Below, piece after piece: positions 34,459 through 43,596 of a DNA stretch of 61,938 nucleotides (position 1 is the first letter of the stretch; every line of letters starts with the position of its first letter). The position numbers and the translations under genes are program-made. The stretch comes from a virus. Its lineage: Duplodnaviria > Caudoviricetes. The notes beneath the pieces were generated by a model that was given only the letters and a program-made list of their open reading frames with translations, was not told the origin of the DNA and made no database searches. The DNA is taken from positions 1 to 61,938 of IMG/VR virus record IMGVR_UViG_3300025889_000121; one strand, 5' to 3'.

Positions 34459-34539
34459 ATGCCTACACAACGATTACAATTTACAGATTGGCTACCAGAC
34501 CAGCCTGCTAATGTAGGCTCACTGAATGATGGAGCGTAA
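34459..34539 (+). pseudogene. 26-codon gene-start remnant (MPTQRLQFTDWLPDQP...)
   Basis: Manual translation; looks like the N-terminus of a longer tail gene cut short. Confidence 0.45.
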
Positions 34540-34543
34540 CTAA

Positions 34544-36925
34544 ATGGCAATTACAATTAATGCTTTAACAACAGGGATAGGCGGACTAGAAACTACAGCC
34601 GATGCAAGCGGATCGTTTTCGTTTCAATCAGACGGCACTACGATAGCCACTGTAACTTCTTCTGGTTTTAGTGTTACCGGCACATTTGATGCTGGAAGCC
34701 TTCAAGTAGGTGGTTCTGATGTTGTTGTAGATACTGATATAGGATCAACAGTTCAAGCTTATGATGCAGGTTTAACAAGTATTGCAGGACTTACAACCGC
34801 CGCAAATAAAATGATTTATGCAACTGCGTCAGATACGTATGCAGTAACAGATTTAACCGCTGCTGGGCGAGCTATATTAGATGATGCAGATGCTGCAGCA
34901 CAAAGAACAACATTAGGTTTAGGAACTGCAGCCACTACAGCTTCTACAGATTATGCGACTGCTGCTCAAGGTTCATTAGCAGATTCTGCCTTACAATCTA
35001 GTGACATTGGTTCTACTGTTCAAGCTTATGATGCTGATCTAACTACACTCGCTGGACTATCGTCAGCCGATGGAAACTTTATTGTCGGAAGTGCTACCGG
35101 TTGGGTTGTTGAAAGTGGAGCTACAGCTAGAACATCATTAGGTTTAGGAACTGCAGCAACTACCGCATCTACCGACTACGCTACAGCCGCTCAAGGATCA
35201 ACTGCTGATTCAGCTCTACAACCTGGAGATATAGGTTCAACCGTACAGGCATACGATGCAGACTTAACAACGCTTGGTGGTTTATCTTCAGCAGATGGAA
35301 ACTTCATAGTAGGGAGTGCTACTGGTTGGGTAGTAGAATCAGGTGCAACCGCTAGAACATCATTAGGGTTAGGCACAGCTGCCACTACAGCTTCTACTGA
35401 CTACGCTACAGCCGCTCAAGGTTCATTAGCAGACTCTGCCTTACAATCTAGTGACATTGGCTCAACAGTTCAAGCATACGATGCCGATACAACCAAAAAC
35501 GATGTGGCTAATACATTCACTGCTAATCAAACGATTAATGCTGACCTCACTGTAGACACAAATACGCTTTATGTAGACTCTGCTAATAATAATGTAGGTA
35601 TTGGTACGAGTAGTCCTAGTGCTCCTTTAACTATACAAAGAAATGGAACAACAATATCAGGTATAGATGCTTCTACAGCATTAAGTCTACAATCCACTGG
35701 AGCGTCTGGAAGTAGTACTCATTTAAATATATTATCTGGGTCTACTGGGTCTACTGGGCAGTCAGTAATAACATTTGGAGACGCTGATGACCCAGACATT
35801 ACCGCTATTCGACACAGAAATGCAGATAATTCTTTAGCATTTGAAACTAATAGCACAGAAGCAATGCGTATCACCTCTACTGGTAATGTAGGTATTGGTA
35901 CTAGTAGTCCTAATGCTCCTTTAAGCGTAGCTTATTCAAATAATACTGCTAACCCACAATTAGATATTGATGTTGGATTAACTGTTAGCAATCTTGGTAC
36001 TAGTGGTATAGCAGCTTTAAAATTAAGTGATTTAAATGGTTCTCTTGTTTGGGGTGATGGTAGTGCTGGTGGAGGATACTTAACATTTAGAGATAGAAAT
36101 GCAAGTGCAGAACGCATGCGTATCGACTCTAGTGGTAATGTAGGTATTGGTACAAGTAGTCCTAGTACAGCATTAGAAGTTAGTGGTACAGTTACGGCAA
36201 CAGCATTCAGTGGTGATGGTTCTGGTTTAACAGGTATTAGTGCTGGGGGTGGTTTTTCTAATGTGGATATTATTACTGCTTCTGGAACTTGGACTAATCC
36301 TGGTTCTGTTACTAAGGTTAAGGTTACTGTTGTCGGTGGGGGCGGGGCGGGTGCATCTGCTTATGGCGCTCCTGGTGATGTTTCTAATGGTGGCGGTGGC
36401 GGTGCTGGCGGTCACGCCATAGAATATATAAATATTCCTACATCACCCGTTCCTGTTACTATTGGGGCAGGTGGCACAACAGCCCCAATTCCTTATCCTA
36501 GTCCTTGGCTAGGAACTCCAGGCAGCACTTCTTCTTTTGGTGCTTATTGTTCTGCTACTGGCGGTGTTCGTGGAACGCAGTCAACTCCAGCTACAACTGA
36601 AGGTATTGGTGGAGAGGGTGGTACTGGATCAGGTGGATTATTAAATTTTACAGGACGACCAGGTCATCCAGGATATAGTAGTCCTGGCCCTACTCCCACG
36701 TCATTAACTGGTATTGGAGCTGGTGGGGCAAGTATATTTGGCGGTTATTCCACTCCAAATAGTAATCAAGGTCTGAATGGCAACAAATTCGGCCCTGCTT
36801 ATTTATATAATGGTTCACCTGGTGGCCTTTATGGTAATGGTGGTAAAGCCAATGGTTCACCTAGACCTACTGCGGGCTCATACCCTACTGCTGGCGCACC
36901 AGGAGTAATATTAGTAGAATATTAA
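34544..36925 (+). CDS. Tail fibre 1 (Gly-rich C-terminal domain)
   Basis: VQAYDA repeats, GNVGIGTSSP repeats, Gly-rich tip. Confidence 0.85.
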   Translation: MAITINALTTGIGGLETTADASGSFSFQSDGTTIATVTSSGFSVTGTFDAGSLQVGGSDVVVDTDIGSTVQAYDAGLTSIAGLTTAANKMIYATASDTYAVTDLTAAGRAILDDADAAAQRTTLGLGTAATTASTDYATAAQGSLADSALQSSDIGSTVQAYDADLTTLAGLSSADGNFIVGSATGWVVESGATARTSLGLGTAATTASTDYATAAQGSTADSALQPGDIGSTVQAYDADLTTLGGLSSADGNFIVGSATGWVVESGATARTSLGLGTAATTASTDYATAAQGSLADSALQSSDIGSTVQAYDADTTKNDVANTFTANQTINADLTVDTNTLYVDSANNNVGIGTSSPSAPLTIQRNGTTISGIDASTALSLQSTGASGSSTHLNILSGSTGSTGQSVITFGDADDPDITAIRHRNADNSLAFETNSTEAMRITSTGNVGIGTSSPNAPLSVAYSNNTANPQLDIDVGLTVSNLGTSGIAALKLSDLNGSLVWGDGSAGGGYLTFRDRNASAERMRIDSSGNVGIGTSSPSTALEVSGTVTATAFSGDGSGLTGISAGGGFSNVDIITASGTWTNPGSVTKVKVTVVGGGGAGASAYGAPGDVSNGGGGGAGGHAIEYINIPTSPVPVTIGAGGTTAPIPYPSPWLGTPGSTSSFGAYCSATGGVRGTQSTPATTEGIGGEGGTGSGGLLNFTGRPGHPGYSSPGPTPTSLTGIGAGGASIFGGYSTPNSNQGLNGNKFGPAYLYNGSPGGLYGNGGKANGSPRPTAGSYPTAGAPGVILVEY

Positions 36926-36940
36926 TTTTAGGAGCAATAA

Positions 36941-37222
36941 ATGAAAGCATTAATTGATACAACATGTATAAACAACGTTAGTTGGGTAACTGCGTGGACA
37001 TGGAATGCAGAAACACAAGAATATGATCCTACCTACAGTACAATAGAAGACACTCAACGTGTCGCAGAAGTAGTTGCAGATGATGCTACTTTTGAAGTAT
37101 ATCAAACATTAATATGGGTAGATTGTGCAGATGATTGTGTAGCAGATGAGTGGTATTATAAAGATGGGGTTTGTTATATAAAACCAGCTAGTGAACCTAT
37201 GCCAGACAGCCCACCAGAATAA
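36941..37222 (+). CDS. Tail-fibre accessory/chaperone (putative)
   Basis: Small acidic protein following a fibre; WVDCADD. Confidence 0.6.
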   Translation: MKALIDTTCINNVSWVTAWTWNAETQEYDPTYSTIEDTQRVAEVVADDATFEVYQTLIWVDCADDCVADEWYYKDGVCYIKPASEPMPDSPPE

Positions 37223-37256
37223 AAAGTTTTATTAACTGCTTAAAAAGGAGAAAAAA

Positions 37257-37490
37257 ATGGCAGAAGACAAAAAAACAACCATCACAATAGATGGTGAAGA
37301 TCATATATTAGAAAATATGACAGTAGAACAGCAAACAGTGCTTAACCACGTTGCTGATTTAGAAAAGAAAATTAAAGGGACTAGGTTTAACTTAGACCAA
37401 CTAACAGTAGGAAAAGATGCTTTTATTAAAATGTTAAAACAATCATTAGCAGAAACAAAAGAAAAAGCAAAAGAACCTGCTAAAACTTAG
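37257..37490 (+). CDS. Coiled-coil fibre chaperone (putative)
   Basis: ITIDG...NHVADL...FNLDQL. Confidence 0.6.
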   Translation: MAEDKKTTITIDGEDHILENMTVEQQTVLNHVADLEKKIKGTRFNLDQLTVGKDAFIKMLKQSLAETKEKAKEPAKT

Positions 37491-37499
37491 GAGACTTAA

Positions 37500-39536
37500 A
37501 TGGCAGTATCACTCAACGGCGACGGAACCATAACCGGGTTATCTACGTTAAGCTCAGTAACTATTACTGGCTTGACAAGTCTTACTACGACTGATTTAAC
37601 CGCGGATACCACTACGCTCGTCGTTGACTCTGCTAATAACAAAGTAGGTATTGGTACTGCATCTCCAAGCACAACACTTCAAGTTGTTGGTACGGCAACA
37701 GCTACAGCATTTAGTGGGCCTCTCACAGGCAACGTTACAGGCGATGTATCTGGTAATGCGGGTACCGTTACTAATGGAGTTTATACAACTGATATAGGAT
37801 CAACAGTACAAGCCTATGATGCAGACCTAACTACACTTGCTGGATTATCATCTGCAGACAGTAATTTTATCGTAGGAAGCGCAACAGGTTGGGTTGTTGA
37901 AAGTGGAGCTACAGCCAGAACCAGTTTGGGTTTAGGCACAGCTGCCACTACAGCTTCTACTGACTACGCTACAGCCGCTCAAGGTTCATTAGCAGACTCT
38001 GCAGTACAACCAAGTGATAATATATCAGACCTTACTAATGATTCTGGCTATATTACAGGCAATCAAACAATTACATTATCAGGTGACGCATCAGGTTCTG
38101 GTACAACTGCAATTACTGTTACAGTAGCAGACAATTCACACAATCATACTTCTGCTAACATATCTGATGCAACTAATGCAAATACTGCAAGTACTATTGT
38201 TAAGCGTGATGCTTCAGGTAACTTTAGTGCAGGAACAATTACCGCAGCACTATCAGGTAATGCAACTACATCAAGTTCAACCACAGGCTCGTCTGCATCA
38301 TGTACAGGCAATGCAGCGACTGCTACAACATTACAAACAGGAAGAACTATTGCACTTACAGGTGATGTAACAGGTACATCTGGCACATTTAATGGTAGTG
38401 CAAACTTATCTTTTGCTACTAATATTGCAGCCAATGCAGTTGGAGCTAGTGAACTTAATGTATCTGGTAACGGTACAGCAGGGCAGGCTTTAACATCAGA
38501 TGGTGACGGTACAATGACATGGGCTGATGTAGGCGGAGCAGCGTATGATACCCCAACAACGTCTACTGGTTATTTTGATGTACCGTCTGGTACAACAGCA
38601 CAAAGACCAGTAAGTCCATCAACTGGCATGATTAGATATAACACTACTGAATCTGAAGTGGAAACATACAGAGCAGGTAGTTGGCAACCATTCACAGTTG
38701 GTCCATATGTTGTTCCAACAGATTATTTAGTATTAGGTGGTGGCGGCGGTGGCGGAGGTAGAGGTGCAGGTGGTGGCGGCGGTGCAGGTGGAAATGAAGA
38801 GGGGTCATTAAATTTATTTCCTGGAACTGTATATACAGCTACTATTGCTGCTGGTGGAGCTGGAAGCACTAGTTATTCCGTAAAGGGTGGAACTGGAGGA
38901 ACAACTACATTTTCAGGAACTGGAATTACAACTATAACACAAGCAGGAGGTGGTGGAGGTAGCGGTACTCTTTCACCATTTACAGGGGATAATGGGGCAT
39001 CTGGTGGTGGTGGGTCAGGTTCTACTGCTGGTGGTCAAGGCAATGGTAGTGCTGGTGGTTTTGGAGGAACAGGAACTTCTGGAGTAGGGTTTGCTGGTGG
39101 TCGTGGTTGGGGTAGTTCTTATCAACCTGCTGGCGGAGGTGGTGGTGGAAAAACATCTGCTGGGTCAGATTCAGCTTATGCTGCTGGTGGAAATGGAGGA
39201 GCATCATTTAATAGTTCAATAACAGGAACTAGTATTGCTTATTGCGGTGGTGGTGGTGGAGCTAGTTGGAACGCTGGAACTGGAGGAACAAATGGTGGCG
39301 GTGGAGCAACAAATGGAACAACAGGGGCAAGTGCTTCTCATGCGACAGCAAATAGAGGCTCTGGCGGCGGCGGTGGTGGACAGAACGGTAACGGAGGAAA
39401 TGGTAGCTCTGGAGTAGTAATATTAAGTGTTCCTACCGCTAAATACACAGGAACTACAACAGGGAGCCCTACAGTTACTACATCAGGTGCTAACACTATA
39501 ATTAAATTTACATCATCAGGAACTTATACAGCTTAA
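37500..39536 (+). CDS. Tail fibre 2 (Gly-rich C-terminal domain)
   Basis: Shared VQAYDA module; PSGTTAQRP...GMIRYN; Gly-rich tip. Confidence 0.85.
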   Translation: MAVSLNGDGTITGLSTLSSVTITGLTSLTTTDLTADTTTLVVDSANNKVGIGTASPSTTLQVVGTATATAFSGPLTGNVTGDVSGNAGTVTNGVYTTDIGSTVQAYDADLTTLAGLSSADSNFIVGSATGWVVESGATARTSLGLGTAATTASTDYATAAQGSLADSAVQPSDNISDLTNDSGYITGNQTITLSGDASGSGTTAITVTVADNSHNHTSANISDATNANTASTIVKRDASGNFSAGTITAALSGNATTSSSTTGSSASCTGNAATATTLQTGRTIALTGDVTGTSGTFNGSANLSFATNIAANAVGASELNVSGNGTAGQALTSDGDGTMTWADVGGAAYDTPTTSTGYFDVPSGTTAQRPVSPSTGMIRYNTTESEVETYRAGSWQPFTVGPYVVPTDYLVLGGGGGGGGRGAGGGGGAGGNEEGSLNLFPGTVYTATIAAGGAGSTSYSVKGGTGGTTTFSGTGITTITQAGGGGGSGTLSPFTGDNGASGGGGSGSTAGGQGNGSAGGFGGTGTSGVGFAGGRGWGSSYQPAGGGGGGKTSAGSDSAYAAGGNGGASFNSSITGTSIAYCGGGGGASWNAGTGGTNGGGGATNGTTGASASHATANRGSGGGGGGQNGNGGNGSSGVVILSVPTAKYTGTTTGSPTVTTSGANTIIKFTSSGTYTA

Positions 39537-39547
39537 GGAGAATATAT

Positions 39548-39904
39548 ATGTCACACTACGCAAAAGTAAATAACGGATTAGTAGAACAGGTCATAGTCGC
39601 TGAAGCAGACTTCTTTGAAACCTTCGTAGACTCTAGTCCAGGCGAATGGATACAAACATCTTACAATACACATGGTAATCAACATCCAGAAGGCAGACCA
39701 CTACGAGGTAATTATGCTGGTATTGGTTATACCTATGACGCAACTAACGATGTATTCTACGCACCACAACCTTATCCATCATGGACACTAAATGAAACTA
39801 CATGGACATGGGAAGCTCCTGTGCCTATGCCAACAGATGAAAAGATATACACATGGGATGAAGATATAACTAACTGGGTAGAAGCAGACAGCCCACCAGA
39901 ATAA
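39548..39904 (+). CDS. Tail-fibre accessory protein
   Basis: WIQTSYN...RGNYAGIGYTYD...PQPYPSW. Confidence 0.7.
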   Translation: MSHYAKVNNGLVEQVIVAEADFFETFVDSSPGEWIQTSYNTHGNQHPEGRPLRGNYAGIGYTYDATNDVFYAPQPYPSWTLNETTWTWEAPVPMPTDEKIYTWDEDITNWVEADSPPE

Positions 39905-39920
39905 TAAATAGGAGTAACAA

Positions 39921-41456
39921 ATGAGTTCAATAGTTATAGCAGGCGATACCAGCGGAACCATAACCCTCTCTGCACCCGCAGTTGCAGGGTCTAATACCAT
40001 ATCGCTTCCAGCAGTCACCGGCACAATCTTAACAACGGCCTACACAGGTGCAGTTACATTTGATGGTGACTTTACTGTTGATACTAATACACTTCATGTT
40101 GACTCTACTAACAACCGAGTAGGTATTGGCAAAACAAACCCAACAACAGCACTTGATGTAGTAGGCACAGTCACTGCTACAGCGTTTGCAGGGGCATTAA
40201 CAGGTAATGTAACAGGCGATGTATCAGGTAACGCAGGAACTGTAACAAACGGAGTTTATACTACTAATATAGGTTCAACAGTTCAAGCTTATGATGCTGA
40301 TCTAACTACACTCGCTGGACTATCGTCAGCTGATGGGAACTTTATTGTTGGTAGTGCTACCGGTTGGGTTGTGGAGTCAGGCGCCACTGCAAGAACTAGT
40401 TTAGGGTTAGGCACAGCTGCTACTACAGCTTCTACAGATTATGCAACTGCTGCTCAAGGAACAACTGCTGATTCAGCATTGCAACCAGGAGACAACATAT
40501 CAACACTCACCAATAATTCAGGTTTTATTACAGGCAATGAAACTGTTACACTTTCAGGCGATGTTACAGGTTCAGGCACAACATCTATTACAACTACACT
40601 AGGTACAGTTGCTGTGAGCAAGGGTGGCACAGGTCAAACATCATATACTAATGGGCAACTTCTTATTGGTAACACTACTGGCAATACATTAACTAAAGCT
40701 ACACTAACTGCTGGCTCAGGTATAGCAGTTACTAATGGTGCAGGTTCAATTACTATCGCTTCTACTGGCGGCGGTGGATTCTCTAATATGGATGTTATAA
40801 CTTCTACTAGCACATGGACTAATCCTGGTTCTGTAACTAAAGTAAAAGTTACTGTTGTTGGCGCAGGTGGTGGTGGGGCACATGGTTACCCTGCTGGAGG
40901 AATTAATGGCGGCGGCGGCGGCGGTGGTGGTGGCACCGCTATTGAGGTTTTAACTATACCTACTTCACCTGTTCCAGTTACTATTGGTGCAGGAGGACAA
41001 GGAGGTAATCTTTATCCTGATGCAACTTGTCCAGGAGCTGCTGGTGGAACTTCATCATTTGGTGCTTATTGTTCTGCTACTGGTGGTGGAGGTGGTTCTG
41101 GGTCACCTAGTCCTTTCGCTGCTGGCGGCGCTGGAGGAGCTGGTTCTGGAGGCACAATTAACCTTACAGGTGGGGTCGGTGGATATGGAAGACCTCCTTA
41201 TGTAGGACCCCTTCAAATGGTTGTAAAAGGAAAAGGAGGGGCTTCTTACTTTGGTGAAAACCAAGGAATAGGAGGAGAAAACATTATGGTAAAAACACCA
41301 GCTAGCGGTACAGGTCTGCCTACTGCTGATGCTATAGGACAAGTAGGCTCAAATTATGGTAATGGAGGTTCATGTAATATGTATGGGGTTGGAAATCCAA
41401 CTCCAGCGCCAAATAGAGGTAACGGAGCAGCAGGTGTAGTGATAGTAGAATACTAA
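39921..41456 (+). CDS. Tail fibre 3 (Gly-rich C-terminal domain)
   Basis: Mosaic of modules shared with fibres 1 and 2. Confidence 0.85.
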   Translation: MSSIVIAGDTSGTITLSAPAVAGSNTISLPAVTGTILTTAYTGAVTFDGDFTVDTNTLHVDSTNNRVGIGKTNPTTALDVVGTVTATAFAGALTGNVTGDVSGNAGTVTNGVYTTNIGSTVQAYDADLTTLAGLSSADGNFIVGSATGWVVESGATARTSLGLGTAATTASTDYATAAQGTTADSALQPGDNISTLTNNSGFITGNETVTLSGDVTGSGTTSITTTLGTVAVSKGGTGQTSYTNGQLLIGNTTGNTLTKATLTAGSGIAVTNGAGSITIASTGGGGFSNMDVITSTSTWTNPGSVTKVKVTVVGAGGGGAHGYPAGGINGGGGGGGGGTAIEVLTIPTSPVPVTIGAGGQGGNLYPDATCPGAAGGTSSFGAYCSATGGGGGSGSPSPFAAGGAGGAGSGGTINLTGGVGGYGRPPYVGPLQMVVKGKGGASYFGENQGIGGENIMVKTPASGTGLPTADAIGQVGSNYGNGGSCNMYGVGNPTPAPNRGNGAAGVVIVEY

Positions 41457-41503
41457 ACGTACCTGAACCAGCAAATCCACCAGAATAATTAGAAAGGGAA
41501 AAA

Positions 41504-42625
41504 TTGACACACACAGCCGGGGTATTTAAAGAGAAGAAGTATATTCACCTAAAAGATTTTTTAGATGATCAGAATTGTGCAGAGCTGACACAAATACTAA
41601 AGCAAGCTGTTAAGGATGGCTTAACAGAAAAAGATAGTCAATGTCCAAAGTCACAAGCCGTGCATGGGCATCAAACATTTGACAAGTTATTAGAAGATTT
41701 ATTACCTCACTTTGAAATGGCAAGTGGACTCAAGTTATTACCCACTTATTCGTACGCTAGGTTGTATGCTCCAGGTGAGGAATTAAAAAAGCATACTGAT
41801 CGACCAGCTTGTGAGATTAGTGCAACAGTTACGCTAGGCTTTGATGGTAAGGTATGGCCTATCTTTATGGATGGGCATGCAGTCAATATGAAAGTAGGCG
41901 ACGCTGTTTTATATCGTGGACAAGAAGTAGAGCATTGGCGTGGTGAATACACTCAAGGTGAATGGCAAGCACAAGTATTCTTACATTATGTAGATGCTAA
42001 TGGGTCACACAAAGATGAGAAGTATGATGGTAGAGAAGCATTAGGTAAGCCTAAAGCACATCAACAAACTCAGCGTGTATTAACAGATTGTGCTGTATTT
42101 GAATCACATCTAACCACATCATTCTGTCAGAATATGATTACTGAATACAGTAAAGAAGAACATGACAAACTTGACCCTGTTATTGGTGGTAGTGGAGATG
42201 AAGGCACAGTTGATAAAGATATACGTGATGTTAAGCGTTTGATGTTGCCACAGAACCAAGGCATTGGCGGCATACTAACCTCAACCGCACTTAATGCTAA
42301 TCACTATTGGTGGCAATATAACATTACACATAGTAATCAAACAGAGTTTTTAATGTATGAACCAGACGGACATTACAATCCGCACGTTGATACATTTCAC
42401 ATGCACACCGATGAGACTAGGAAACTTACGGCTTTGGCTTTTTTGAATGATGATTTTGAAGGTGGAAAATTTTTTCTCAATGTAGGGGGAACACCATTTT
42501 ATCCTCCACAACAAGCTGGAACTGTGCTAGTATTTCCTTCATACATGGTGCATGGCGTAGAGCCAGTAACAAAAGGGGTTAGATATTCTGTGGTGACATG
42601 GATGGTAGGACCTTATTTTAAATAG
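41504..42625 (+). CDS. Tandem two-domain 2OG-Fe(II) oxygenase (prolyl-hydroxylase-like)
   Basis: Domain 1 HTD...EHWR; domain 2 HVD...HGVEPVTKGVRYS. Confidence 0.85.
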   Translation: MTHTAGVFKEKKYIHLKDFLDDQNCAELTQILKQAVKDGLTEKDSQCPKSQAVHGHQTFDKLLEDLLPHFEMASGLKLLPTYSYARLYAPGEELKKHTDRPACEISATVTLGFDGKVWPIFMDGHAVNMKVGDAVLYRGQEVEHWRGEYTQGEWQAQVFLHYVDANGSHKDEKYDGREALGKPKAHQQTQRVLTDCAVFESHLTTSFCQNMITEYSKEEHDKLDPVIGGSGDEGTVDKDIRDVKRLMLPQNQGIGGILTSTALNANHYWWQYNITHSNQTEFLMYEPDGHYNPHVDTFHMHTDETRKLTALAFLNDDFEGGKFFLNVGGTPFYPPQQAGTVLVFPSYMVHGVEPVTKGVRYSVVTWMVGPYFK

Positions 42626-42633
42626 GAGAAACT

Positions 42634-43119
42634 ATGTTAAGTATTTTATCGGCGATATTAGGGTTTGCTACATCGGGATTACCTAGTGTATTAGATTTTT
42701 TTAAGCAAAAGGGTGACCAAAAACATGAACGTGAGATGGCAGAAATTGAAATGCGGAGAGCTATGGAATTGGCTAAAGCAGGTTATGCCTCACAAGAAAA
42801 AATTGAAGAACTTAAAACTGACCAAGTCGAGATGGACACGTACGCTCAAGAGCGACTCGCGCTTTACAAGCATGATGAAAAACTCTCGAACGGCGCGTCT
42901 CCTTGGGTTATTAATCTCCGTGCTAGTGTTCGCCCCATTATCACCTATATTTTTATTGCTCTTCTCTTATTTGTTGATATTACCGGAATGATTTGGGCGA
43001 TAAAAAGTGGAACAGATTTTGTAACTGCAATGAACATTGTATTCAGTGAAGAAGAAATGGCTATCGTAGCTTCTATCATAGGCTTCTGGTTTGGAAGCAG
43101 AACGTGGGAAAAGAAATAA
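42634..43119 (+). CDS. Holin (3TM/GTA-type, putative)
   Basis: LRASVRPIITY...IIGFWFGSR; directly upstream of lysozyme. Confidence 0.75.
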   Translation: MLSILSAILGFATSGLPSVLDFFKQKGDQKHEREMAEIEMRRAMELAKAGYASQEKIEELKTDQVEMDTYAQERLALYKHDEKLSNGASPWVINLRASVRPIITYIFIALLLFVDITGMIWAIKSGTDFVTAMNIVFSEEEMAIVASIIGFWFGSRTWEKK

Positions 43120-43125
43120 GGATGA

Positions 43126-43596
43126 TTGATGAAAACATCGGAGGAAGGAATTGCGCTTATCAAAGCCTTTGAAGGCGTTGTTAAAAAACCTTACAGGTGC
43201 CCTGCAGGGTATTGGACTGTCGGTGTTGGTCATCTTATCACTCGTGATTTTGAGCTCCCTGATAGTTGGAATCGCTCAATGGGAGACGATGAAATCAATG
43301 ATTTACTACGAAAAGACTTATTAAAATTTGAAAATGGAGTACTTCGTTTGTTACATCCTGTGCAACCAAGTCAATCTGAGTTTGATGCTCTTGTCAGTTT
43401 TAGCTTTAATCTTGGTTTGGGGACATTTCAGCGATCAACGGTGCGGTCAGCTTTTAAACGTGGTGATAAAAAGAGGGCTGGAGAAGTTCTTTTAAAATAC
43501 CGTAGAGCTGGAGGCCGTATACTAAAAGGTCTTATTAGAAGACGATTTGCAGAACATGCACTATTAATGCGAGAAAATAAAGATGCCTTTAACTAA
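43126..43596 (+). CDS. Endolysin, GH24 lysozyme
   Basis: IKAFEG...Y.CPAG.WTVGVGH...FDALVSFSFNLG...GLIRRR. Confidence 0.95.
   Translation: MMKTSEEGIALIKAFEGVVKKPYRCPAGYWTVGVGHLITRDFELPDSWNRSMGDDEINDLLRKDLLKFENGVLRLLHPVQPSQSEFDALVSFSFNLGLGTFQRSTVRSAFKRGDKKRAGEVLLKYRRAGGRILKGLIRRRFAEHALLMRENKDAFN

Noticed and set aside
34544-41456. Diversity-generating retroelement
   Set aside because: No reverse transcriptase in the window; the repeats differ at synonymous positions rather than adenine-specifically
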